Assembly: GCA_016177205.1 (NCBI GenBank)
Contig: JACOVS010000039.1
Location: 1 to 54,754 of the forward strand
Direction: 5' to 3'
DNA: 54,754 nucleotides
Origin: Candidatus Aenigmatarchaeota archaeon
GTDB taxonomy: Archaea; Aenigmatarchaeota; Aenigmatarchaeia; JACPZZ01
The position numbers and the translations under genes are program-made. Every line of letters begins with the position of its first letter. Positions within the stretch are counted from its first letter, which is position 1. The notes below the pieces were generated by a model. That model searched no databases and was not told the DNA's origin. It saw only the letters and a program-made list of their open reading frames with translations. Shown here one piece after another: positions 16,259 to 24,619 of the stretch.

Positions 16259-18529
16259 TCACATGGCCCTAGCCGTTAATCGCACGCGTTCCCTGGCCCT
16301 TGAAGAAAACCACTTGTCCCACCTGGAAAATATTTCCTTCGGGTCCAAATAACCCGTTTCTTCCTTCAGCCTGGACGAGATTATGTGGAACTGTTCATTG
16401 GATTGCATCACCCACGGCGCTTCCATCAATTCGGGCTGGTTAAGTTTTATGGAATAATCCACCATCGCCTTTTTGATGTTGGCGCGCAGCTGTATGTTTT
16501 CCCACACGTCTTCCCAGCGTCCTTCCCACTCCCTTGTTAACGACGCGATGCGGTTTATTATTTCAGATTCTCCTGTTGAAAGTATTTCCGTTGGCTTCAA
16601 TGAATCAGAAGCCGCAGAATATTCCATCAGGTTTACAAACCCTTTCTCTTCGTACGGGTCGGATTTCCAGTGTTTCCTGACCTCTGTTAACTCGGTCACT
16701 CGTCTAAAACGATGCAAACCGTCCGCAGAGCGCAGCATCTTTGATATTACGATTATATCCGTCGCTTTGAAACTTGTTGACGGAACTCCGAGATCATTTA
16801 CGACGCGGTCGTAAACGCCGTAAGGCGACTCGCCGTGTATCGTCCCTGCGACGACGTTGGATAACGCGCCAATACGCATCGCCTCATAGAGTGCGCGGGC
16901 TTCCGTGCTTCGCACTTCTCCCACGATCAAAGAAGAGTCGCCCAACCGCAACGCAGTTCGCAGCGCCTCGTCCGCTGCCATCTCTGTTTCAACGTGTGTT
17001 ATCACGGAACGCGATTTCAACCGTTCAATGTTGTATCCTATTCTTCTCATGTAATCGACGGCAAGTTCAATGGTATCTTCAACGGTTAGGATTCGCTTGT
17101 TCGGTGAGATTTCCAGCATCAGGGCATTTAAAAGTGAAGTTTTGCCGCTGCCTCTTCCGCCTGCAACAAGCATGCTTGACGACCCGTCCACCAAAAAACT
17201 CATCACACCCGCGAACAGGGGGTCTATCATCCCGGATTTTATGAACAACGGAAGCGTCCAGGGTTTATCCCTGTGTCTTCGGAAAGCGAATGCCAAACCC
17301 TCGGGCGACAGTGTTTTTGTGATCGCCGCAACTCTCGCCCTGCCGCCGGGAACGGTTATGTCCGTGTCTAAAACAGGGTTCGCTTCGTCTAAAGGTCTTC
17401 CAGACGCGATTCGGAACCGCGTCGCCCATGACTCGGCGTCGCCCTTTGTCGGTATCAGGTTTGTCGAGCATTCGTTGTAATCTGAATGGTTTATGTAAAT
17501 AGGATTTTGTCCTATCGGCGAGTTGATGTAAATGTCCTGTATCTTCTCGTCGGCCAGTAGGATTTCTAACACGCCGAACCCGGCCGTGTACCTTGTCAGG
17601 ATTTTTGTCATGTTTTCAATCTCCGCAGGGTTCAGAAAAATTCCCATGCTCGTCGACAAGTCCCGTATCATGTCGCGCCCTATGTTGGCGAATATTTCCC
17701 TGGCGCTTTCCGGGTCTGAGAACTCGGTCTCAACAGGCTTGTGCTCTGCCATATAACGCCTCGCAGCGTCCAACAGCATGTACTTGTCCTCTGTTAACTG
17801 GAATTCTGGCGGCACAACATGGTAGACCAGTTCGGATTTCGTCGGTATGCGGTAAACCTCAACTTCGATGTCGCCCACCTTGTACCTATCTATGGCCTGC
17901 CCGTCCTTTGGCGTCGCCGACATGAACCTCGTTAGCATGAAGTTCGGCCTTATGGTAGGATGGAAAATTTCCCGGTAAAGCGTGCGGTCCCCGATGTGGT
18001 AACCGGCAATGTTGTCCTTCACAAGCTGGATTAACGCGGTCGATTCAAGGATCCGCTGTATGGGGGCGAGCGCGTTGTTGACGTAATGGGCGTAGCATTG
18101 TATGTGGTAGGGGTTTTTTTTCGCGTCCATCTTTACTTTCCGTATCTCGCGCAGTACCTCTGCGTACGCCCCTATGGGGTCGCGCCGCATCAGGTCAACA
18201 ACAATCCGCTGCGCGTTGTGGCTTCGTTCCTGTGTGTGGCGGTCGCATTCCGGTATTGTTAAATTCGTCACAGTCAGCAGGCGGCGCCCGCGCACGATCT
18301 CGTCCAACGCGTTCGCGATCTCGGCCAGGAGCCTGGTCTGCTCCCAGTCGTATTCATACTCCCTGGTCTCTGCAAGAATAATGCGGGAGACCTTTTTCAC
18401 CTCGATTATTTTGTCTATGGCCGCGGCCATTATCGCCTCGAAGTCTTCGAGGCTAGACCCGTATAGCGTTCCCAGCGTGTTCAGGCGTATGGAATTGTCC
18501 TCCGGGCTGTAGTCAAACTTGAGAGCCAT
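16259..18529 (-). CDS. type II/IV secretion-family ATPase (FlaI/PilB/VirB11-like)
   Basis: Walker A GGRGSGKTSLLNAL, Walker B-like DSSLIVGEVRSTEA and His-box-like GTIHGESP. 756 aa with a long N-terminal domain. Confidence 0.9.
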   Translation of the reverse strand: MALKFDYSPEDNSIRLNTLGTLYGSSLEDFEAIMAAAIDKIIEVKKVSRIILAETREYEYDWEQTRLLAEIANALDEIVRGRRLLTVTNLTIPECDRHTQERSHNAQRIVVDLMRRDPIGAYAEVLREIRKVKMDAKKNPYHIQCYAHYVNNALAPIQRILESTALIQLVKDNIAGYHIGDRTLYREIFHPTIRPNFMLTRFMSATPKDGQAIDRYKVGDIEVEVYRIPTKSELVYHVVPPEFQLTEDKYMLLDAARRYMAEHKPVETEFSDPESAREIFANIGRDMIRDLSTSMGIFLNPAEIENMTKILTRYTAGFGVLEILLADEKIQDIYINSPIGQNPIYINHSDYNECSTNLIPTKGDAESWATRFRIASGRPLDEANPVLDTDITVPGGRARVAAITKTLSPEGLAFAFRRHRDKPWTLPLFIKSGMIDPLFAGVMSFLVDGSSSMLVAGGRGSGKTSLLNALMLEISPNKRILTVEDTIELAVDYMRRIGYNIERLKSRSVITHVETEMAADEALRTALRLGDSSLIVGEVRSTEARALYEAMRIGALSNVVAGTIHGESPYGVYDRVVNDLGVPSTSFKATDIIVISKMLRSADGLHRFRRVTELTEVRKHWKSDPYEEKGFVNLMEYSAASDSLKPTEILSTGESEIINRIASLTREWEGRWEDVWENIQLRANIKKAMVDYSIKLNQPELMEAPWVMQSNEQFHIISSRLKEETGYLDPKEIFSRWDKWFSSRARERVRLTARAM

Positions 18530-18569
18530 ATATTATATTACCCCTTAAACTAAATTGTATTTGGGTAAT

Positions 18570-18989
18570 ATGGCCGTTTTCGATAAAAAGCCGGCCAACG
18601 TGCAGGCTGTAATCGCAGAGTTGATAAGGCGCTTAAACGACAATTCAAAAAGGCTTCGTCTGGTGGAGCAGAAAATTCTAAGCCTTGAATCCGCAATCTC
18701 CGGCATAGACCAGAACGCTGTCGAGCAATTCAAGCAGGCCAAGGTGTCTTCGGATAAATTAAACGCGGAAATAAGCGAGCTCGGAAACCGCATGGGGAGG
18801 ATAGAAGACGAAACGAGAAGGCTTGCAAAGCAGATGGAGCGCGCCGCGACTAAGACGGAACTCCGTGAAATACAGGGTTTCATTGATTTGATAAACCCGA
18901 TAAAATCAAACTTTGTGACAATACAGGAAGTCAGGAAAATGATCGAGGAACTGAAAAAGCAGCAACCCTCTCAATTGCCAGCCGGATAA
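18570..18989 (+). CDS. coiled-coil protein, divergent from the pilus ATPase
   Basis: 139 aa from the first ATG. Heptad-like charged sequence (RLRLVEQKILSLESAISGIDQ...). Confidence 0.55.
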   Translation: MAVFDKKPANVQAVIAELIRRLNDNSKRLRLVEQKILSLESAISGIDQNAVEQFKQAKVSSDKLNAEISELGNRMGRIEDETRRLAKQMERAATKTELREIQGFIDLINPIKSNFVTIQEVRKMIEELKKQQPSQLPAG

Positions 18990-19032
18990 TAAGCATTTAT
19001 TAAGAGTCGGGTAAAATTAATTGGGTATCTCA

Positions 19033-19692
19033 ATGTGGCTGTTTAAGAAGAAAGCTCAGGAGGAAAAGGCAATGCCTGTAAACATGCCCAGACCGGCTGC
19101 GCAGGACCCTGGTTTTTCCGCGTCAATGGACAGCCAGCCGACGCAGCAGGTCATGACCGCTGTTAAAGAGGCTGTGATCCAGCCCCGCCAGCCGGTGCAG
19201 CAGGAAATGCAACCTATGGGCTTCGCCGTTCCTGAGCCTCCACAAACGCAGCAAAACGATTACGAATTTCCCGTTGAACAACCGCAACCACAGCCTTCGG
19301 CGGAGTGGGAGCCGGCTGTTCCTGAAATGGCGGAAGTTCCTGTCGCGTTAAGTTCTACCCCAACGGCAACAGAGATTGAGGAGGTCGTCGAAGCCGTTGT
19401 CGAGGAAAAATGGAGGCAGCTTGAATTCCGCATAGATGCGATGGAAAAGCGGTTTGACTCTGTTAACGAACGATTACACGACATCGACCTTCAGATGCGC
19501 ACCATAAAGGAATCCGGCACAGCAGCTTCGGGCGGGATCGAAGGAAAACTTGACCAGTATCACGAAAACCTTGACCAGATCGACGCGCGAATCGGATCAA
19601 TTGAAAAGGCCTTTAAAGAAACCCTGCCGTCAATGATAGAATCCGTGCGGGCTGTCAATGATTCTTTGCAGAAGATGGGGAATAAGCAGTAA
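19033..19692 (+). CDS. Gln/Pro-rich protein with a C-terminal coiled coil
   Basis: About 110-aa Q/P-rich low-complexity N-terminal half, then a helical region (FRIDAMEKRFDSVNERLHDIDLQMR...). Confidence 0.55.
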   Translation: MWLFKKKAQEEKAMPVNMPRPAAQDPGFSASMDSQPTQQVMTAVKEAVIQPRQPVQQEMQPMGFAVPEPPQTQQNDYEFPVEQPQPQPSAEWEPAVPEMAEVPVALSSTPTATEIEEVVEAVVEEKWRQLEFRIDAMEKRFDSVNERLHDIDLQMRTIKESGTAASGGIEGKLDQYHENLDQIDARIGSIEKAFKETLPSMIESVRAVNDSLQKMGNKQ

Positions 19693-19714
19693 AAAGCCAT
19701 TCTATATCATATGA

Positions 19715-20206
19715 TTATAATATCTGAGGCCTTCCCATATTGGGAACTCTGAGCCCAAACAATCGCCTCGCACTCTCGAAACTTCCCAATGAAAATTCGA
19801 TGTCCATTTTCTCCAACTCGCCCAATATCAGGTCAACAGTTAATTCGGAATCAAAGCAATAGGCGCCTTGGCCCGGTTTACACGATTCTGCATCAACCTT
19901 GCTTGACGCCAATCCAGAAGACGACAGGTCATAAACCCAGTAATCATTCCAGCACGTATGAGAACGACCCTGCTCGTCTCTCGCCCTGACTGCACGGCCG
20001 CGATATCCTCTATTATCAAAACCTTCGCTCCAAACAGTGCCTCTGAAAAGGTACGGTTCTGCTTCATAAACTGTGTTCCCGCCCGGGTTAATTTTACCTG
20101 CGTTAGTTTCCAGTAAAGGCCTGTCTCTTAAACATCTTTCTATAGCCTGGCAGGAAAACGCAACCGACAAATTCTTGAAAGTCGCAGACCGGGAATAATT
20201 AGCCAT
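19715..20206 (-). CDS. hypothetical protein (orphan; start set at the first ATG)
   Basis: 163-aa ORF with no motif I recognise and no hydrophobic segments. Confidence 0.4.
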   Translation of the reverse strand: MANYSRSATFKNLSVAFSCQAIERCLRDRPLLETNAGKINPGGNTVYEAEPYLFRGTVWSEGFDNRGYRGRAVRARDEQGRSHTCWNDYWVYDLSSSGLASSKVDAESCKPGQGAYCFDSELTVDLILGELEKMDIEFSLGSFESARRLFGLRVPNMGRPQIL

Positions 20207-20261
20207 ACCGGATTGATAAAAGAAAAGAGATATAAACACCAAGCGCTTAAATACCCGCTCA

Positions 20262-20834
20262 CTATTTTTTGGGCTTGCCTGTAGCAGGATCTATTTCTTC
20301 CCCGGTACTCGTCTTCCCCTCATGTACCACAAACCATATTACGGCGCCGATTATGCCGAAAAACACCAGCATCGTCAGTAGCTCGCTCGGATTAAAGTCT
20401 GCCCCGCCGAACGAAAAGGCGCCCGAATTGGCATTAATGAAAAGCCCTGCAGCGAGTATCAGCGCAATGACAATAACCGCGTATTTGAAACTGCCTGTCG
20501 TAAATTCGCTTGATTTCAGCCCGAAGATCCCCACAAACATCAGCAGGACCAGAACGCCCGAGAGCACAATTATTGAACTGCCGAACAACTTGCTGAAAAA
20601 CGACGACAAGAAGCCCGAGTAAGGCGTGAAAAACGTGAGATAAAACGCAACTGTCAGCGATATTACCGCGTCGACCGATGTGTTGGGCTTGTCCTCTTTT
20701 CCTTTCTTGAACACATTAACAGTCTGCAATATGCCAAAAACGATCGAAAACGCCAACAACCAGGGCAGGACAAAATCGTAAAATCCCATCGCCTTTAGCG
20801 TGTTCTGCAACGCGATAAAATCAAGTGCTGCCAT
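20262..20834 (-). CDS. multi-pass membrane protein, tandem paralog family member 1
   Basis: Shares GFYDFVLPWLLAFSIVFGIL...ISLTVAFYL...VLSGVLVLLMFVGIFGLK with the next two genes. Confidence 0.7.
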   Translation of the reverse strand: MAALDFIALQNTLKAMGFYDFVLPWLLAFSIVFGILQTVNVFKKGKEDKPNTSVDAVISLTVAFYLTFFTPYSGFLSSFFSKLFGSSIIVLSGVLVLLMFVGIFGLKSSEFTTGSFKYAVIVIALILAAGLFINANSGAFSFGGADFNPSELLTMLVFFGIIGAVIWFVVHEGKTSTGEEIDPATGKPKK

Positions 20835-20903
20835 TATCTACGATACTCCTCGCAACTATTTAATATCATCTTTTGCTTAGTAAGCTTTTCTTTTCCGTTG
20901 AGG

Positions 20904-20946
20904 CTTTTCTTCTTTTGATCAAACTTTCTAAAAGTTTGAAGAAAAG
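20904..20946 (-). repeat. nested inverted repeat directly after the stop of paralog 2 (possible terminator or regulatory hairpin)
   Basis: tcaaacttt-cta-aaagtttga (9-bp stem) flanked by cttttct / agaaaag. Confidence 0.5.
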
Positions 20947-20948
20947 GG

Positions 20949-21434
20949 TCATTTCGCTATATACGCCAGCGCCACGACTATGAATATCATCACGGCTATT
21001 ATCGACAGCTGGTCGCCGGTGATCTTTATCCCGCCGACCGTGAATAACAGGAATATTATAAATGCTATCAAAAGTATGATCGCCAGCCCGCCGCCCTTGA
21101 TGTTCTCGGCCTTGAATATGTCCTCGCCCTTCAAACCCACCAAACCCATCAGCAGCAAAACAACGAAAATCCCTGTGAGTATCAGGATGCCGACGCCGAA
21201 CACCTGCGTGAAGAACGAGTCGAGCGCAAACCCGGCTGGCGTGTAGTTCACAACGAAAAACGCAGCGACAAGCGCGATCACGCCGATCAGCGATTTCTGC
21301 TTCTCATCGAACAGCTTGGTCTTCAAAAGCACGCCGTACACAATGGCCAGCGTGAACAGGAATGGAAGGACAAACTTGTAAAAGCCTATCTGGTTTAAGT
21401 TCCCCAGGAGGGGCGTGAAAATGTTTTCGACCAT
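20949..21434 (-). CDS. multi-pass membrane protein, tandem paralog family member 2
   Basis: GFYKFVLPFLFTLAIVYGVLL...IALVAAFFV...ILTGIFVVLLLMGLVGLK. Confidence 0.7.
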   Translation of the reverse strand: MVENIFTPLLGNLNQIGFYKFVLPFLFTLAIVYGVLLKTKLFDEKQKSLIGVIALVAAFFVVNYTPAGFALDSFFTQVFGVGILILTGIFVVLLLMGLVGLKGEDIFKAENIKGGGLAIILLIAFIIFLLFTVGGIKITGDQLSIIAVMIFIVVALAYIAK

Positions 21435-21467
21435 AATATTACCTCTTCCCGCGAGCTTTTATTATTA

Positions 21468-22061
21468 CTAATAACCTTCATCAGGGTGCGGCGGGAACCA
21501 GTTGTTCCACAAGCGCCTAGTCGGCCCAGGGCTTACGACTATCGCCACCAGTGCGGTGACGATCAGCACGATTATCATCAGCGCCGTTGTGTCCGGGTCC
21601 AGTTTTATCCCTATATTCTCAAACCAGCCCGTGCCCAGCAGGAATATGAAAACAATAACCACTATAAGGCCGGCCACCGACCCACCGGATACGCCAAAAA
21701 GCCTGCCGAATATGCCCACGCCAGGCCTGTGCGCCCCTCCAAGGCTCAGCGCGCCCAGGATTATCATGAACATGACCAAACCCACTATCGCAACCGCTCC
21801 GGTGCCGTACAGGTTGGTCAGGAACTGCCCCATAGCTCCGTAAGGCCCGTAAAATATGGCGAAAAACGATATCGCCAGGGCTATTACCACGTTGATGCTG
21901 TTCTTCCTGAATATGTGTATGGTGTCAAGAACGCCGAAAGCTATCACAAACGTTAGCAGGAACGGAACAATCAGCTCCTGCGCCTGGTATTTTTCCAGGA
22001 AGTTGAAAATTGCCGAAGCCGCGGAGGAGGGCGGAGCTTGAAACGCGACCGAAAACGCCAT
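21468..22061 (-). CDS. multi-pass membrane protein, tandem paralog family member 3 (start at the first ATG)
   Basis: LIVPFLLTFVIAFGVLD...IALAISFFAIFY...AIVGLVMFMIILGALSLG. Confidence 0.65.
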   Translation of the reverse strand: MAFSVAFQAPPSSAASAIFNFLEKYQAQELIVPFLLTFVIAFGVLDTIHIFRKNSINVVIALAISFFAIFYGPYGAMGQFLTNLYGTGAVAIVGLVMFMIILGALSLGGAHRPGVGIFGRLFGVSGGSVAGLIVVIVFIFLLGTGWFENIGIKLDPDTTALMIIVLIVTALVAIVVSPGPTRRLWNNWFPPHPDEGY

Positions 22062-22100
22062 AGTATTAGTTCTCCGCGCCAAATCTTAAATACTGATAAA

Positions 22101-22901
22101 TCATGTTGCGCTTAATTCCAGCGCGGTTTCCCTCGCTTTAAGCCGTTCAAGCCTCTGGTTTATTCTTGCCATCTCATCCTCGATCGCGGTTTTTTCTGCG
22201 TCGCCGGTTGCCTTAACCAGCCTTTGGTTCAAATCCTTCAGTGCCTGCTCAAGTATTTTTTCCTGGTCGCGCATAAGGTCCTCCTGCCCCATAACGTTTT
22301 TCAGCACGCCTGTCTTCCTTCCCTTCTTGTCCCACCAGATAAGGAAAATGCCCAGCCCTGCGCCCACGGAAAAAAGTATGTAAACCAGCGGGCCAACAAT
22401 CCCCCTGCTGATAATAAACCCGATGCCACCGAAAAAGACGCCCACGCCCACCGCGTCCAGCAGATAGGCAAGCGCGCCGCTGAAAATTCCGGAATAGCCG
22501 AAAGATGTGATCCTGGACCTGAGCTTGCCCGTTACCTGCAGCGCAAGGAACGACAAAACCAGGGCCGGGATCATTTGAAGGTTTGAGGCAAACAATCCCA
22601 CGTAGTCCCAAAAACCGTTTCGCAGCATCAGAAACACCAGAAGCAACGGGATCCAGAAGTTGGCAGCGCCTGAATGGAATATGCCGAGCTCTTTCCATAT
22701 TTCATACGCAAAGAACAGCGCGATAACGACAGGAGCCACGGCAAAGGTAAGGACGCTGGGCCACGAAATCAGGTATTCCGCAGGCACGCCAAACCAATTT
22801 TTCCAGAAATTTATCGTCCCCTCGGACAGCGCGGGCTGCGCAGCCGCGAACGGCAACAGGGCCGAAAATGCCAGGAAAACATGTAAAAAAAGTTTTTTCA
22901 T
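22101..22901 (-). CDS. membrane protein with signal peptide and C-terminal coiled coil, distant member of the same family
   Basis: Signal MKKLFLHVFLAFSALLPFAAA, several TM helices, charged helical tail (RLVKATGDAEKTAIEDEMARINQRLERLKARE). Confidence 0.6.
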   Translation of the reverse strand: MKKLFLHVFLAFSALLPFAAAQPALSEGTINFWKNWFGVPAEYLISWPSVLTFAVAPVVIALFFAYEIWKELGIFHSGAANFWIPLLLVFLMLRNGFWDYVGLFASNLQMIPALVLSFLALQVTGKLRSRITSFGYSGIFSGALAYLLDAVGVGVFFGGIGFIISRGIVGPLVYILFSVGAGLGIFLIWWDKKGRKTGVLKNVMGQEDLMRDQEKILEQALKDLNQRLVKATGDAEKTAIEDEMARINQRLERLKARETALELSAT

Positions 22902-22932
22902 AAAAGAATATGGTAACTCGTGCTTAATGTGT

Positions 22933-23811
22933 TTACACTTTTATTCTTCTCGCCAACTCTTTCAGTTCGTTTCCGGTGCGCGCCCTTAACCACGCAGGCG
23001 TCCAGCCCCTGTCTTGGCCTCCGGAATCGATTATCGCCTGTACCGCAGCGTTTTGAATAGCTGGGGTATAGCCGGCCAAAAGGGCTGGCGTGGCAGCCTC
23101 TTTGATAGTCGCAAGGTCGGTGAGCGCCTTGACCAAAGGCGCAACCTCTTCCTTGGCCGCGCGTATTTCCTGCTCCAAAACCCTGTTCTCGCTTCCTAGC
23201 TGTTTGCTGAGCGGCGCATGCCTTCCCAGCCAGCCCCGGAACATTACCAGCAGCGGCACGCCAATGGTCATGACCCACCTGAGCCATGAATAGCCTTTCA
23301 AAATCCCGTTCGTGCCTGTAAGGAACCCGAAAACAAAATACATCATTAGGCCGTAAGTCGCTGCGCTCAGAATCTCCAGAACAGCGGTTGGCAGCCCTGT
23401 CCTGGGTCCGAAGATGTCCAGGAATCTGGGAAGTATGGATATCCCGACAATGACAACAAGTGTTGTCAGCCCGCCCCCGTATATCCCGATAATGACCTGG
23501 CCCAGAACGTTTGTCGGAATCATCAGTATTGTCGCAAGGAAGGCGATTGCAAAGTTTATGCCGCCTTTCCTGAACAGCCTTATTTCGTCAAGTATGCCGT
23601 AAACTATGATCAGCATCAGCGCCCACGGAATAAATATAAAAAAGATGAGGTTTGAGCCGGTTGCGGATTCCTCCGGAATGTTAAGCAGCGCTGCCATGGA
23701 TTTTGCCAAACTTCCAGAAGTCGCCTGCGCCGCTGCCATAAAAGGCAGCAACAGCACAGTTGATAAAACCGCGTAAAGAACCAGATTTTGTTTGTCGCCG
23801 TTTATGTGCAT
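22933..23811 (-). CDS. membrane protein with signal peptide and soluble C-terminal domain, member of the same family
   Basis: Core FFIFIPWALMLIIVYGILDEIRLFRKGGINFAIAFLATIL matches the family motif. Confidence 0.65.
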   Translation of the reverse strand: MHINGDKQNLVLYAVLSTVLLLPFMAAAQATSGSLAKSMAALLNIPEESATGSNLIFFIFIPWALMLIIVYGILDEIRLFRKGGINFAIAFLATILMIPTNVLGQVIIGIYGGGLTTLVVIVGISILPRFLDIFGPRTGLPTAVLEILSAATYGLMMYFVFGFLTGTNGILKGYSWLRWVMTIGVPLLVMFRGWLGRHAPLSKQLGSENRVLEQEIRAAKEEVAPLVKALTDLATIKEAATPALLAGYTPAIQNAAVQAIIDSGGQDRGWTPAWLRARTGNELKELARRIKV

Positions 23812-23857
23812 TGGATCTTCCTTTTCAATTATTTGCTTAGTACGTATTTAAAGCGTT

Positions 23858-24544
23858 CTATCTGCGCGCCCTGAGCGCTGCCAGGTCCCTTGAAAGGGCG
23901 GACACCCTGACTTTTCTTTTCAGGTCTCTCCGGTTTGTTCTCGACACCCTTTCTCCGGCTTTCTGTTTTCTGTATTCCGTCTCGCGTTTGGCATACTCCT
24001 TTGCATATCCCTGGTGTCTGCCTATTTCCGCTACCACGGTATCCGTCGCCGTGTCCATGTTCCTTGCAAGTGCTTTTTGGTAGGCGGCGTCGTCCGCCTG
24101 CCTGAGTCCCAGATCATCAAGTCTATTTCCTATCTCGTTAATGTAATTCACGGCTTCTCCCACGGAAGCTGCCAGTTTGTCGATTCTTCCGGGTATCCTA
24201 CGATCCGGTTTTCTTATCCTTCCCGAATGTTTAACTCTTCCGGCCTCAGATTCGACAGCGGATTTTACAACGCCGACTTGGTATTTGACGATGTCAGCCG
24301 ACTTCTGCATAACGCCTCTTGCGTAACCCCGGATTTCTTTTTCCAGGTCGCGTATCATGCCCCGCGCCAGTGAATATCTGTGGTGTTCCAGCGTTCCGGG
24401 CGTCGGTGCGGCGGGCAGCGCATCCTGTGCGTCTTTCAGGTATTCCGCAGCCCTTCCGATAACCCGTATCGGGTCCCTGCCTTTTTCCAGTGTGCTGCGC
24501 GCATTGTTGATCGCGGCCGAAATACTGTCGTACTGGTCTGCCAT
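23858..24544 (-). CDS. helical basic protein, paralog family (EIRGYAR motif)
   Basis: 228 aa. Shares N-terminal Y..I.AAIN and LEKEIRGYARGV with 26969..27646. Arg/Lys-rich tail. Confidence 0.6.
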   Translation of the reverse strand: MADQYDSISAAINNARSTLEKGRDPIRVIGRAAEYLKDAQDALPAAPTPGTLEHHRYSLARGMIRDLEKEIRGYARGVMQKSADIVKYQVGVVKSAVESEAGRVKHSGRIRKPDRRIPGRIDKLAASVGEAVNYINEIGNRLDDLGLRQADDAAYQKALARNMDTATDTVVAEIGRHQGYAKEYAKRETEYRKQKAGERVSRTNRRDLKRKVRVSALSRDLAALRARR

Positions 24545-24619
24545 AACTGAATAATATTCTGCTCGCCACGGATAAAAGCTTTAATTTTCTTATTAATCGG
24601 CTCTGCGGAATACTATAAT

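Noticed and set aside
22215-22240. GGTTCAAATCC string resembling a tRNA T-arm
   Set aside because: The flanking bases cannot form a T-stem (TTTGG versus CCTTC), no cloverleaf can be drawn, and it lies inside a membrane-protein gene.
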